From an uncultured delta proteobacterium (GTDB lineage Bacteria > Myxococcota_A > Polyangia > Palsa-1104), in assembly GCA_963785725.1 (NCBI GenBank), contig CAWAWS010000007.1, forward strand, positions 871,919 through 935,918: a DNA stretch of 64,000 nt, in the 5' to 3' direction. A program made the position numbers and the translations under genes. Below are positions 1-10,232 of this stretch, piece by piece; position 1 is the stretch's first letter, and every line of letters begins with the position of its first letter. The notes beneath the pieces were generated by a model. The model was not told the DNA's origin. It worked only from the letters and a program-made list of their open reading frames with translations, and did no database searches.

Positions 1-27
1 GGACGCGAATCAACTTGTTTGCTTGGC

Positions 28-1872
28 TCACGTCCGCTCCTGGTTGCCGTCGCCGTCGCCGCAGCGCGCGGCCGGGCTCATCGCGTCCGCCGTCTTCATG
101 CGCAGCGCCACGTACGCGTTGACCGGCTCGGCCACGCCTTTGAGCTGCATGGCGCGGCAGGGCTCGTATTCGATGTGCTCGCGCGTCGCCAAATAGGTCT
201 TCTCGCCGACGAGGACGCCGCCTTTGGGCGCGTTGGCCTCGAAGCGCTGGGCGCGATTGACGACGTCGCCGATGACGGTGTAATCGCGGCGCACGTGACG
301 CGAGCCGATGTCGCCGCGCACGACCGGGCCGATGTTGACGCCGATGCGGATCATGAGCGGCGGGTTGCGCTGCAGCTTCTCGTTCCAGGCGCGCAGCGTC
401 GTTTGCATGGCCAAGGCCGCGCGCACGGCCCGCAGCGGCGCCGGATCGCCGTCGGGCAGCTCGTCGAACAGCGCCATGATCGCGTCGCCGATGAACTTGT
501 CGATGTCGGCCGCTTCGTCCTTCAGCACCGGGCACATGGCGTCGAAGAAGGAGTTGAGCAGCTCGACCACTTCCATCGGCTGCATCGTCGAGCTCATGGA
601 CGTGAAGCCGCAAATGTCGCTGAAGAGGACGGCCATCTCGCGCGCCTCGGCGCGCACGGCGTCGTTCGATCCGGAGCGCGCCGTCTCTTCGGCCGCGCGC
701 ACGGCGCCGTCGCTGATGTAGAGCCGCGACGCCTCTTTGTAGGCGATGAGCCGGCGCTCGGCCAAGACGCGCTCGACCATGGCGATGCATTTGTCGACGG
801 AGAACGGCTTGACCAAGTAGCTGGTGAGGCCGACGGCGCGCATCTGCGCCTGGTCGCGCCGCGTGTCGCGCGCCGTCAGCATCAAGGTCGGGATGTCGCG
901 CAGCTTCGGGTCGCGTTTGAGCGCGTGCACCAGCTCGAAGCCGGTCAAGCGCGGCATATCGTAGTCGGTGACGATCATGTCGAAGCGCGCTTCGCGGGCG
1001 CGCTCGAGCGCGTTCTGGCCGTCGTCGGCGACGGTGACGTTGAACCCTTGGCGGCCGAGCGCGTCGGCGATCAAGTGGCGAATCGCCGGCGAGTCGTCGA
1101 CGACGAGGATGCGCTCGCGCTGGCCGGGCTCGACGCCGAACGTCGTCAACAGCGAGCGCACGCGCGAGGTCAATTCGTCGGGCGCCGCGGGTTTGACCAG
1201 GTAATCGTCGGCGCCGGCGTCGAAGCCGCGCTCGAGGTCGGCCGCTTCGCCGAGCGCCGAGCAGATGATGACGGGCGTCGGCGGCAGTTGTCCGGCGGCG
1301 CAGCGCTCTTTGATCGCCTTGCACACGCCGTAGCCGTCGAGCTTGGGCATTTCGACGTCGGTGATGACGAGATCGGGCTTGCGCTCGTCGACCACGTCGA
1401 GCGCCTCGGCGCCGTCGAACGCGCTGACGACGTCGTAGCCGGCCTCTTCGAGGATGGGCGCGGTGTGGCGATGGATGAGCGCCGAGTCGTCGACGAGCAG
1501 CATCAATTTGCGGCCGCGCGTGGCGATGCCGATGGCGTCGAGCAGCTCGCCGGCCGAGAACGGGATGCGCAAGAACGCCGCCTCGACGCGGCGGGCGTCG
1601 CCGGCGTCGGCGGCGTCGGGTGAGACGAGCAGCGCCGGCGTGAGCACGGGCGCGGCCATCGGTCCGCCGCGGCGCAGGCGCGCGATGAGCTCGTGGCCTT
1701 CGTCGCCGGCGACCCGCGCGGCGACGACGACGGCGTCGGGCGGCGCGGCGCGACAGGCGGCGAAGAAGGCGTCGGCGGTCGCGAACGCCGACACGTCGTG
1801 ACCGGCGGCGGCGAGCGGACGGCGCACGAACTCGGGCAGCACGCTGCCGGCGGCGAGGACGTAGACGTTCAC
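28..1872 (-). CDS. Multi-receiver class III adenylate cyclase (degenerate REC + REC + REC + cyclase homology domain)
   Basis: Two intact receivers (LLVDDS...ITDVEMPKLDG; ILVVDDS...VTDYDMPRLTG) and an N-terminal REC-like region without the acidic residues. Cyclase motifs LFSDICGFT, DKFIGDAIMALF, RIGVNIG, YTVIGDVVNRAQR. Start overlaps the cheA stop. Confidence 0.92.
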   Translation of the reverse strand: MNVYVLAAGSVLPEFVRRPLAAAGHDVSAFATADAFFAACRAAPPDAVVVAARVAGDEGHELIARLRRGGPMAAPVLTPALLVSPDAADAGDARRVEAAFLRIPFSAGELLDAIGIATRGRKLMLLVDDSALIHRHTAPILEEAGYDVVSAFDGAEALDVVDERKPDLVITDVEMPKLDGYGVCKAIKERCAAGQLPPTPVIICSALGEAADLERGFDAGADDYLVKPAAPDELTSRVRSLLTTFGVEPGQRERILVVDDSPAIRHLIADALGRQGFNVTVADDGQNALERAREARFDMIVTDYDMPRLTGFELVHALKRDPKLRDIPTLMLTARDTRRDQAQMRAVGLTSYLVKPFSVDKCIAMVERVLAERRLIAYKEASRLYISDGAVRAAEETARSGSNDAVRAEAREMAVLFSDICGFTSMSSTMQPMEVVELLNSFFDAMCPVLKDEAADIDKFIGDAIMALFDELPDGDPAPLRAVRAALAMQTTLRAWNEKLQRNPPLMIRIGVNIGPVVRGDIGSRHVRRDYTVIGDVVNRAQRFEANAPKGGVLVGEKTYLATREHIEYEPCRAMQLKGVAEPVNAYVALRMKTADAMSPAARCGDGDGNQERT

Positions 1873-4580
1873 GTGGCCCTCCCGCGCGTCGCCAAGTGGC
1901 GCTCGACCGCGCGCAACAGCTCGCCGCCGTCGAGCGGCTTGGTCAGGTAGTCGTCGACGCCGGCATCGAAGCCGCGCACGCGATCGAGTGGCTCCGACTT
2001 GGACGTCACCATGATCATCGGTACATCTTTATGACGCGGCTGCAGACGCAACGCCCGAGCCAGCTCGTAGCCGTCCAAGTTGGGCATCATCACGTCCGTC
2101 GAGACCAGGTCGAAGCCGCGCGCGTCACGCGACGCCAGCTCCAGCGCTTCGCGACCGTCGCGCGCGGCCACGACCTCGTAGCCGTGCGCTTCCAACACGC
2201 GCTTCAACGACTCGCGAATGACGTCGGAGTCCTCGGCGACGAGGATGCGCGGGCGCTGGCGCTCGCTCGGCAACGCCGCGATCTCCGTCGGCAACGGCGC
2301 GCGCGACGGCGTGCGTTGCAGGCCGCGCTGGATGACCTGCGCCACGTCGAGGATGACGGCCACGCGCTCGCCGATGAGCGTCGCGCCCGCCGCGCACGGC
2401 ACCTGCTGCAACAAGGCGCCCAGCGACTTGAGCACGATCTCGCGCTTGCCGAGCAGCCGCTCGACGGCCAGCGCGTACGTCTGCCCGCCGGCGTCGACGA
2501 GCACGACCGGCAGGTCGCCGCCGCCGCCGAGCTCGACCGGCAAGCGCGCGCCCAACTCCAACTCCAGCGCGTCGGCGGCCCAAATCAGCGGAATCTGCGC
2601 GTCGCCGACGAAGATGACGTCGCGATCGTAGACGCGATGGATCTGCTCGGGCGCGACGGCCAGCGTGCGCACGACGATGTCGACCGGCAGCGCGTAATCC
2701 TCGCCCGCGATGCGCACCAGCAGCACCTGCACGATCGCCAACGTCAGCGGCAGCTTGAGCGTGAAATCGGCGCCTTGTCCCGGCGTCGACGACAGCTCGA
2801 TCGTGCCCGACAAGCGCGTCACCGTCTCGCGCACGACGTCCATGCCGACGCCGCGCCCGCTCACGTCGGTCACGCGCGCCGCCGTCGAAAAGCCGGGCCG
2901 AAAGATGAGATCGAGGACGGTCGTATCGTCCATCGACGTCAGCTCTTCCTCGGTCGCCAGCGACTTGGCGCGCGCTTTTTCACGCAGCCGCGCCGGATCG
3001 AGCCCGGCGCCGTCGTCGCGCACCTCGACGATGATCTGGTTGCCGCGGTGGCGCGCCGCCAACGTCACGACGCCCTCTTCCGGCTTGCCCGCCGCGCGCC
3101 GCAGCTCCGGCGTCTCCAGCCCGTGGTCGACGGCGTTGCGCACGAGGTGCAAGAGCGGGTCGTCGAGCTGCTCGAGCAGCACCTTGTCGAGCTCGGTGTC
3201 GGCGCCTTCGAGCTCGAGCCGCGCCTTCTTGTCGAGCGCGTGGGCCAGCTCGCGCACGGTGCGGTGATACTTCGTGAAGACGCGCGCGATCGGCAGCATG
3301 CGCAGCTTCATGACCTGCTGGCGCAGCTCCGCCGTCACGTGATCGAGCGCGCCGGCGCCGCCGCCCAAGTCGTTGGCCAGCTCGGCCAAGATGCGCTGGA
3401 AGCGATCGATGTCGTCGAGGTCGAGCTTGCCGCGGCTGTGGCGCGCGCGGCGGACGAGGCCGTCGAGCTCGCGCCCGAGCACGCCCACCGACGTGATCGA
3501 GCCGTGCAGCCGCGCCTTGGCCAGCACCAGCTCGCCGACGAGGTTGAGCAGCGTGTCGAGCTTGTCGAAGTCGACGCGCAGCGTCTGCTTCGAGTCGCCG
3601 CCGCCGGCGCTGGCCGCGGCGATGGCGTTGGTGTTCGGCGCGTCGTGCGTCGCCGGCGTGGTCGACAGCGGCGGCGACGGCAAGGGCGCGCCGGTCGCGA
3701 CCGCGCGCAGCCGCGCCACCTCGACGGCGATGGGCACGTCGATGCGCGCGCCCGCCGTCACGTCCACGGCCGACGCCGCCCGCAAAATGGCGCGCAAGCC
3801 GTCGAGCGCGCCCAAGAGCGCGTCGACGAGCGGCCGATCGGCGAGGCGCGTCCCATCGCGCAGTTGGCCGACGAGATCCTCGGCCGCGTGCGCCAGCCGA
3901 TTCATGCGCCCGAGCCCGACGAACGCCGACGATCCCTTGATCGTGTGCAGGTCGCGGAAGATCTCGCGCACCAGCTCGACGTCGTTGGGCGCCGTCTCCA
4001 GCCGCAGCAGCTTTTGCGCCAAGGCCTCGATGCGCTCCGCCGCCTCCTCCAAGAACGGCTCGACCATGTCCGCGTCGACTTGCGGCACCCATAAGGTGTC
4101 GTCGGGCGGCAGCTGCGGATCGTCCGGCTGGTCGCGAACCAGCGTCGGCGCCGTGGTCGTCGACGCGGTCGTGGGCGCGAGGGTCGCGACGTTCGGCGTC
4201 GGCGGCGCGAGGCCGAGGCGCGCCGGCAAGGCGTCGAGGTCGCGCGTGTCGTCGAGCCGCGCGCCCGACGCGTCCGGTCGCGACAGGGTCTCGGCCGCCG
4301 CCGTCAGCGCGTCGGCGCCGGCGCGCAAGGGCTCGCGCAGGCCGGCCCAATCCTCGGCGCCGCGCTCCGACAGCGCCGTCTCCAGCGCCGCCGCCGCGCG
4401 CGCCACCGCGTCGACGCCGAGCAGCGCCGCCGACGCGCGCAGCGTGAACAGCGCGCCCACCAGCCGATGCAGCTCCGCCGTCGCCAGCGCCGCCAGCTGC
4501 GACGACGCCGCCAAGTCCGACGCCGTCGCCTGCGTCTCGGCCAGGAAGTCCTGCCACACCGAGTCGCCCGATTGGCTCAT
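1869..4580 (-). CDS. cheA: Hybrid chemotaxis kinase CheA (degenerate Hpt, Hpt, dimerisation, HATPase, CheW, REC)
   Basis: FRDLHTIKGSS Hpt, LRVDFDKLDTLLNLVGELV, HLVRNAVDHGLE, GFSTAARVTDVSGRGVGMDVV, C-terminal receiver (LVAEDS...STDVMMPNLDG). Confidence 0.95.
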   Translation of the reverse strand: MSQSGDSVWQDFLAETQATASDLAASSQLAALATAELHRLVGALFTLRASAALLGVDAVARAAAALETALSERGAEDWAGLREPLRAGADALTAAAETLSRPDASGARLDDTRDLDALPARLGLAPPTPNVATLAPTTASTTTAPTLVRDQPDDPQLPPDDTLWVPQVDADMVEPFLEEAAERIEALAQKLLRLETAPNDVELVREIFRDLHTIKGSSAFVGLGRMNRLAHAAEDLVGQLRDGTRLADRPLVDALLGALDGLRAILRAASAVDVTAGARIDVPIAVEVARLRAVATGAPLPSPPLSTTPATHDAPNTNAIAAASAGGGDSKQTLRVDFDKLDTLLNLVGELVLAKARLHGSITSVGVLGRELDGLVRRARHSRGKLDLDDIDRFQRILAELANDLGGGAGALDHVTAELRQQVMKLRMLPIARVFTKYHRTVRELAHALDKKARLELEGADTELDKVLLEQLDDPLLHLVRNAVDHGLETPELRRAAGKPEEGVVTLAARHRGNQIIVEVRDDGAGLDPARLREKARAKSLATEEELTSMDDTTVLDLIFRPGFSTAARVTDVSGRGVGMDVVRETVTRLSGTIELSSTPGQGADFTLKLPLTLAIVQVLLVRIAGEDYALPVDIVVRTLAVAPEQIHRVYDRDVIFVGDAQIPLIWAADALELELGARLPVELGGGGDLPVVLVDAGGQTYALAVERLLGKREIVLKSLGALLQQVPCAAGATLIGERVAVILDVAQVIQRGLQRTPSRAPLPTEIAALPSERQRPRILVAEDSDVIRESLKRVLEAHGYEVVAARDGREALELASRDARGFDLVSTDVMMPNLDGYELARALRLQPRHKDVPMIMVTSKSEPLDRVRGFDAGVDDYLTKPLDGGELLRAVERHLATRGRAT

Positions 4581-5689
4581 TTGGGGCGAATTCCGTGGCG
4601 CGCGAGCCAGCGCTGCGTGGCGGCGCGCGTCGCCTTCAGCTGCAGCCGCGGCGTGGCCTCGGCGGCGCGGCGCAGCACACGCGCCGCCTCGTCGCCGAGG
4701 AAGCTGGCGCCGTCGAGATCGATGACGGCCGGCGCGCCGCCGACGAGCGGTCGCAGCTCGCCCGCCAAGCGCTGCCCGTCGAAGTAGTCGCCGCGCAAGA
4801 CCAGCGTGCGCAACGGCGGCAGCGGATGCTGGTGCGTCAGCGCCGGCGACGACGGCGTCGGCCGCGTGCCCGGCAGCGACACCGCTTGACGAGCCGCCGG
4901 CGTCGCCGGCAGCGGTCGCGACGGCGGCCGCTCACGACCGGACGCCGGCGTCGCGTCCTGCTTGCGGTAGATGGCGTTCGCTTCGCTCGTCAGCTCGGCG
5001 CAGTCGCGCAGCGTCTCCGAGTAGCCGACGAGCAGCCAACCTCCCGGCGACAGCGCGCGAATCAGCTTTTGCACGACTTGCGCCCGTCGTCGCGAGTCGA
5101 AGTAGATGAGCACGTTGCGACACAGGACCAGATCGAAGGTCAGCGGCTGCAGCGGCGACAACAGATTGTGCTCGACGAAGCGGACGTGCGGCCGCAGCCG
5201 ATCGTTGAGCACGCGCTCGTTGCCGACGCGGCGGAAGTAGCGGGTCACGAGCGGCGCCGGCACGTCGGCCTCGACGCGCGCCGCCGGATAGGCGCCGCGT
5301 CGCGCCTTGTGCAGCGCCGCCGGCGACAGATCGCTCGCCGTCAGCGAAAACGGCAGGCCGCGCTCGGCGAGCAGGATGGCCAGCGTCCACGCCTCTTCGC
5401 CGGTCGCGCAGCCGGCGCTCCACGCCGCCACCGGGGCGCGCAGCTGCGGCAACACGCGCGTCGCCAGCGCGTCGAGCTGCGCCTGGTGGCGAAAGAAGCG
5501 CGTCTCGCCCACGCGCAACAGCTCGACCAGCCGCCCGAGCTCGGCCGCGTCGCCGTCGAGCCGCGCCACGTAGTCCTGCTCGTCGATGCCGAGCGCCGTC
5601 GCCCGTTCGCGCACGCGCGCCTGCAGCGCCCAATCGGGCGGATCGAGCCCGGCGTACGCCGCCAACAGCGGGCCCAGCCGTTCGCGCAT
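4577..5689 (-). CDS. cheR: CheR methyltransferase with C-terminal STAS-like domain
   Basis: GETRFFRH, WSAGCATGEEAWTLA, FDLVLCRNVLIYFD, LSPGGWLLVGYSE. A Pro-rich linker leads to TLVLRGD...AVIDLDGASFLGDEAARVL. Confidence 0.92.
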   Translation of the reverse strand: MRERLGPLLAAYAGLDPPDWALQARVRERATALGIDEQDYVARLDGDAAELGRLVELLRVGETRFFRHQAQLDALATRVLPQLRAPVAAWSAGCATGEEAWTLAILLAERGLPFSLTASDLSPAALHKARRGAYPAARVEADVPAPLVTRYFRRVGNERVLNDRLRPHVRFVEHNLLSPLQPLTFDLVLCRNVLIYFDSRRRAQVVQKLIRALSPGGWLLVGYSETLRDCAELTSEANAIYRKQDATPASGRERPPSRPLPATPAARQAVSLPGTRPTPSSPALTHQHPLPPLRTLVLRGDYFDGQRLAGELRPLVGGAPAVIDLDGASFLGDEAARVLRRAAEATPRLQLKATRAATQRWLARHGIRPK

Positions 5690-5710
5690 TTATCGCTTAC
5701 ACCGCAAGAT

Positions 5711-7711
5711 CTAGCCGCGCGCCGTCTTGCGCCGCTCGCTCGATCGCTCGGGCAGCGCCGCTTTGGCCGCCTTCGCCGCCAGCGCGTCGTGGCCGTTGCC
5801 GTGGCCCGCCCCCGAGCCGTCGATGCGAAAGCCGTGCACCAGCTCCTCCAGCTTGAGCGCCAGCGCGTGCAGCTGCTCGCCTTGCACGACCGCCTCCTCC
5901 GACGAGCCCAGCACCTCTTGCGCGATCTTCTGCACGGCGTCCATGTTGCGCGCGATCTCGTCCGACACCACCGCTTGCTCTTGCACCGAGCGCGCCGTGT
6001 CCTGCGTGACGGCGATGATCTGCTGCAGGCTCTCCTGCATCTCCGACGACTTGCGCACGTGCTCGCCGAACACCTTCGTCGCCTGTTGCATCGAGCTCAC
6101 CGTCTGCTGCGTCTGCTCGCCGATGGTCCCGATGAGCGACTCGATGTCCTTGGCGCTCTGCCCGACGCGTCGCGCCAGCGACGACACCTCGTCGGCGACG
6201 ACGGCGAAGCCGCGCCCTTGCTCGCCCGCGTGCGCCGCTTCGATCGACGCGTTCAGCGCCAACAGCGACGTCTGCTCGGAGATCTGCCGAATCACCTCGA
6301 CGATGCTGCCGATGCGCTTGCCCGACTGCCCGAGCTCGGTGATCTTCGTCGCCGTCTCTTCGATGATGTGCGCCACTTCGCCGAGGTGCCGGATGCTGCC
6401 CGCCAGCGTCTCGCCCGACTGCCGCGTCACCTGCGTCGCCTGCATCGCGTTCTCGGCCACCGTCTGGATCGACGACGAGAGCTCGGTCACCGCTGCCGTC
6501 GACGACTCGATGCGCGCCGCCTGATCTTTGGCGCCGCCCAGCATCTGCTTCGACGCCGCCGAGATCTCGGCCGACGAGGCGCCCACTTGCAGCGACGCGC
6601 CTTGCACCTCCGACGCCAGCGACTGCAGCTTGCCGAAGATCTCGTTCAGGTTGCTCGCCAGCTGATGCATCTCGGAGCCGGCGCTCGGCTTGACGTGCAG
6701 CCGCTTCGTCAGATCGCCGGCGCCGTGCGCCAGATCTTCCGTGGCCTCGATGAACTTCGAGATCGGCCGCGTCACCACGACCGAGATCGCGAACGCCACC
6801 AGCGCCGCCAGGCCCAGCGCGAACGCGGCGACGGTGAACGTGTCGCGGATGAGGTTGTCCATCTTGCGCACGCGCTCGAAGCGATTGCGGAAGAAGTACA
6901 AGCTGCCGACCGAGCCCAGCGTCGAGCCTTCGTAGCCGTTGAGCTGCGCCGCGAAGAAGTCGTGCTGGCCGTCGGGCAGCGTCAACACTTGGATCTTCTC
7001 GCCGCCTTCGATGATGGTCTCGCGCGCTTCCGGCCGCGTCGCGCGCGCCAAGTCGTCCCAATCGTCGGTGTGCGCCGCCGACGCCGTCGTCCGCTGGTTG
7101 TGCACCAGCGCCAGCTCCACCTGCTTCTTCGGATCGTCGTCGGTCTGATGCTTGAATTCGCCGAACACCGTCTCCATGCGCGCGCCGATGACGAGGCCGC
7201 CGACCGGCTCGCCGTTGGCCATGACCGGCTCGCCGGCGATGAGATAGGCGCGCCCGTCATTCTCGAGCAGCCCGTCTTTGATGACGAGGCCGGCGCGCAC
7301 GTCGGCGATGGCGCGCAGGCCGCGCGCTTGCGACGCGTCGATCGCGCCCGAGGCCGTGATGTCGCCATGCTTGTCGAAGAGCACGACGAACGCCGGCTTC
7401 ACCGTCTGCGCCAGCGACTGCTCGAGCTGCGCGATGACCGGCTTGGCCGCTTCGTCGTCGCCTTTGGCGAACGCTTGGCGCAGCTGCGGCGAGCTCGCCC
7501 ACACCGACGCCGCGGCCGCCATGTAGCTGCCATAAGACAGCTCGAACGACTTGTAGCGACGATAGGTGCCTTGCAGCTCTTGCGCGGAGTGATCGGTCGT
7601 CTTCTTCACCAGCTCGGTCGCGAACCAGTAGTTGAAGGCCACGATCGCCAGCGCCAGCCCGAAGCACCACACGAAAATTTTCCACTTGATGCTCAGGCGC
7701 AAGAGCTCCAT
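5711..7711 (-). CDS. Methyl-accepting chemotaxis protein (TM - periplasmic sensor - TM - HAMP - signalling domain)
   Basis: True start is the ATG at 7711 ([11 protein letters not shown]), overlapping the cheW stop (TAATG). Two TM helices; hairpin tip [33 protein letters not shown]. Confidence 0.95.
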   Translation of the reverse strand: MELLRLSIKWKIFVWCFGLALAIVAFNYWFATELVKKTTDHSAQELQGTYRRYKSFELSYGSYMAAAASVWASSPQLRQAFAKGDDEAAKPVIAQLEQSLAQTVKPAFVVLFDKHGDITASGAIDASQARGLRAIADVRAGLVIKDGLLENDGRAYLIAGEPVMANGEPVGGLVIGARMETVFGEFKHQTDDDPKKQVELALVHNQRTTASAAHTDDWDDLARATRPEARETIIEGGEKIQVLTLPDGQHDFFAAQLNGYEGSTLGSVGSLYFFRNRFERVRKMDNLIRDTFTVAAFALGLAALVAFAISVVVTRPISKFIEATEDLAHGAGDLTKRLHVKPSAGSEMHQLASNLNEIFGKLQSLASEVQGASLQVGASSAEISAASKQMLGGAKDQAARIESSTAAVTELSSSIQTVAENAMQATQVTRQSGETLAGSIRHLGEVAHIIEETATKITELGQSGKRIGSIVEVIRQISEQTSLLALNASIEAAHAGEQGRGFAVVADEVSSLARRVGQSAKDIESLIGTIGEQTQQTVSSMQQATKVFGEHVRKSSEMQESLQQIIAVTQDTARSVQEQAVVSDEIARNMDAVQKIAQEVLGSSEEAVVQGEQLHALALKLEELVHGFRIDGSGAGHGNGHDALAAKAAKAALPERSSERRKTARG

Positions 7712-8247
7712 TAGCGCGTCTCCCGTCGGAAAGGGGCGAGCCGCTCGGCGCCCAAGAGGCGCTCGGGGGCGAGGATCAGGAGCGGGCGAGGCGGATCGCC
7801 GTTTTGGGCGACGCCTTCGAGGTAAGCGGCCGGCTCGGCTTGCAGCGTGGCCGGCGGCGGCTTGAGCTCGCCCGGCGGCAGATCGTGCACGCCGTCGAGC
7901 CGGTCGACGAGCAGCCCGGCCGCCGGCCGATTGGCGGCGTTGCGCGGATCGCGCGCGCCCGGCAGCAAGTTCGCGCGCAAGACGACGATGTTGCGCCCTT
8001 CGCTGCGCCCGAAGGGCGAGGGTGCACCGTGGGGATCGATACGCGCCTCGACTCTGCCGCCCGATAGCCCGAGCAGCGCCGCCAGATCGAGCACGGCCAC
8101 CACTTCGCCGCGCAAGTTGATGAGCCCGGCCACGAACGGCGGCACGAGGAACAGCCGCGTCAACGGCCGCTCCGGCAGCGTCTCCTTGACCGAGCCGATG
8201 GGCAGCGCGAAGTCCTGGCCAGCGACGTGAAAGCAGAGCAGCTTCAC
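7711..8247 (-). CDS. cheW: CheW adaptor
   Basis: [50 protein letters not shown]. Confidence 0.93.
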   Translation of the reverse strand: MKLLCFHVAGQDFALPIGSVKETLPERPLTRLFLVPPFVAGLINLRGEVVAVLDLAALLGLSGGRVEARIDPHGAPSPFGRSEGRNIVVLRANLLPGARDPRNAANRPAAGLLVDRLDGVHDLPPGELKPPPATLQAEPAAYLEGVAQNGDPPRPLLILAPERLLGAERLAPFRRETR

Positions 8248-8267
8248 AGCCGCAACATGTTAGCGCG

Positions 8268-8987
8268 TTACGACAAGCGGCGATAGGCGGCGGCGATGGC
8301 GGCGAAGCGGCCCTCGAGATCGCGCAGCTCCTGTCGCGTCGCGTTCGGGTGCGCGTCGGGATGCAGCGCGCGGGCGAGGCGGCGATAGGCGCTCTTGATG
8401 GCGTCGGCGTCGGCGCCGGCGGGCAATTCGAGCAGCCCGAGCGCCTCGTCGCGCGCCAGCGTCTTGTCGAGCCCGAGCGCGCCGATTTGCTCGAGGAACG
8501 CGAGCAGCGGCAGCGCGCGCGACGGCGGGCACAGCGCGGCCGCTTCGACGTCGGCGAAGGTGCGCGGCAGATCCAAGAACGCGACCAGCGAGCGCTCGTC
8601 GAGGCCGATGCAGCTCTGATGCGGCCGATGCACGAGCTGCAGCCGCGCGCCTTCGGCCTTGGCGCGGAAGCCGTCGCCGACCGCGCCCACGACGTTGCGG
8701 ATGACCGCCGCCGGATGAAACGGCCCCATGCCACGCCGCGTCCCCGCCAGCTTCGCGTCGAAGGTCCAGTCGGCGTCGCTGCGCTTGAGGATGAGCTTGA
8801 GCGCGTCCTCGCCGCGCGCCGGCGCTCGCCCGACGATCGTCTCGATGGCCACGAGATCGACGGCGTGCACCCAGCCGCGATAGAGCTCGACGCGCGCCGG
8901 CGACAGCCGCTGACCACGCAGCTGCACGAGCACCGTGCCCGACGCGAGGTCGTGGCTCAGGCTCCAGACGAGCTTGGCGGCGTTCAC
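8268..8987 (-). CDS. J-domain (DnaJ-like) protein with N-terminal accessory domains
   Basis: C-terminal [27 protein letters not shown]...[11 protein letters not shown] containing the HPD motif. Confidence 0.85.
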   Translation of the reverse strand: MNAAKLVWSLSHDLASGTVLVQLRGQRLSPARVELYRGWVHAVDLVAIETIVGRAPARGEDALKLILKRSDADWTFDAKLAGTRRGMGPFHPAAVIRNVVGAVGDGFRAKAEGARLQLVHRPHQSCIGLDERSLVAFLDLPRTFADVEAAALCPPSRALPLLAFLEQIGALGLDKTLARDEALGLLELPAGADADAIKSAYRRLARALHPDAHPNATRQELRDLEGRFAAIAAAYRRLS

Positions 8988-9011
8988 TTCGGAGAGATTG
9001 TACTGCGAATA

Positions 9012-9281
9012 CTACTTGTTGGCGCGACGGCTGTTGTCGTCGGCGATACCGCGAGCGCGCGTCTCTTTGAGGTGCTCTTCGACGATCTCGGTGACGTTCT
9101 CGTTGAACTTCACCTTGCCGTCGGCGATCTCGCGCAGCGCGGTCACGGCCGGCTTGTTGTCGCAGCGAACGAGCGCGCGGGCGCCCTTCGACAGCTGGCG
9201 CGCGCGCTCGGCGGCGAGGATGACGAGCGCGAAGCGGTTACCGACTTTATCGAGGCAGTCTTCAACGGTTACGCGAGCCAT
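9012..9281 (-). CDS. rpoZ: RNA polymerase omega subunit
   Basis: [10 protein letters not shown]...[16 protein letters not shown]...[12 protein letters not shown]. Confidence 0.97.
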   Translation of the reverse strand: MARVTVEDCLDKVGNRFALVILAAERARQLSKGARALVRCDNKPAVTALREIADGKVKFNENVTEIVEEHLKETRARGIADDNSRRANK

Positions 9282-9401
9282 GGTCGGTGGAGACTAGCCT
9301 AACGCCGCAAACAGTCAAGGCACTTTCGCCTTGAAAGGAGGCGGACCGCGCCGTATCGTAAGTTGAGGCTTCTTCTCGTTATACTTCGTTGGGAGAGCAG
9401 C

Positions 9402-10058
9402 ATGCGTGTCGTAGCCGTCAACTGGACCGATCTCGAGACCGCGTTCGAGCGCAACTCACCCGAGACGGAGAGCTTCCTCGACACCCGCACGGGGGAAGTC
9501 GTCACGGTCAGCGAAGGCGCCATCGACTACTCCGAGCAGCGCTCCAAGGTCCAGACCGGCGGCGATGCCTTCGTACGCATCGAGCCGGCCGCCAGCCGCG
9601 AGCAGTACAAGTGGATGGAGCGCTTCGTCGTCGGCGTGACCGATGAGCCGCTGCGCGAGCGGCTCGTCATCGCCATCGACGGCAAAGGCGCCTTCCGCCG
9701 CTTCAAAGACGTGCTCCTCAACTACCCGACCGAGCGCGAGCGCTGGTTCAGCTATCGCGGTGAGCTGTTGCATTGGGCGATCAAGAAGTGGATGGAAAAA
9801 GAGCAGCTTTCGCCGAAGGAAGCGGCGCCGTGGGGCGAGCCCAAAGAGCCGGTCGAGGACGACGTGCAGCTCGAGCGTCCGACGACGGCGGGTGAAGGTC
9901 CGGGCGAGCTCTTGCGCCGCCAGGCCAAGGAGTTGATCGATCTCGTCCCCGCCGTGGAATTGCCGGCGGCAATCGCGTTCCTCGATTTTTTGCGCGAGCG
10001 CGGCGTCGCTGAGCTCGGACGCGTCCGCACCATCCCCGTCAAACGCACCGCCGCATAA
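9402..10058 (+). CDS. UPF0158-family protein
   Basis: DLETAFE...SFLDTRTGEV, YKWMERFV, AIDGKGAFRRFKDVL...ERERW. ATG at 9402 follows GGGAGAG. Confidence 0.85.
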   Translation: MRVVAVNWTDLETAFERNSPETESFLDTRTGEVVTVSEGAIDYSEQRSKVQTGGDAFVRIEPAASREQYKWMERFVVGVTDEPLRERLVIAIDGKGAFRRFKDVLLNYPTERERWFSYRGELLHWAIKKWMEKEQLSPKEAAPWGEPKEPVEDDVQLERPTTAGEGPGELLRRQAKELIDLVPAVELPAAIAFLDFLRERGVAELGRVRTIPVKRTAA

Positions 10059-10177
10059 AACCGCCGCGACCGGGCCGATCGCGTCGTTGTCACTGCGCTC
10101 CGCTGCTCACGTACCCGAGCGTACGCTGCGCTGCGGTGCTCGTTCCGCCTAGCGCTCGGCCCGCTCGCGACGGTTTT
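10057..10177. repeat. Palindromic intergenic element (MITE/REP-like)
   Basis: AAAACCGCCGCGACCGGGCCGA (10057-10078) pairs with TCGGCCCGCTCGCGACGGTTTT (10156-10177), 2 mismatches in 22. Internal CGTAC...GTACG hairpin. Lies between convergent genes. Confidence 0.65.
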
Positions 10178-10232
10178 GCCGAAAGTTCCATAGACAGAAG
10201 CTGAGACGGAGGCGGCGCGGCGGGGGTTCCCG

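Noticed and set aside
19..7714. Long plus-strand ORFs (534, 732 and 1039 aa) opposite the chemosensory genes, and similar shadows elsewhere
   Set aside because: These are antisense open frames expected from high GC3; they carry no recognisable motifs.
7712..8917. N-terminal 400-aa extension of the MCP ORF
   Set aside because: It overlaps cheW and the J-domain gene in another frame. The real start is the coupled ATG at 7711.
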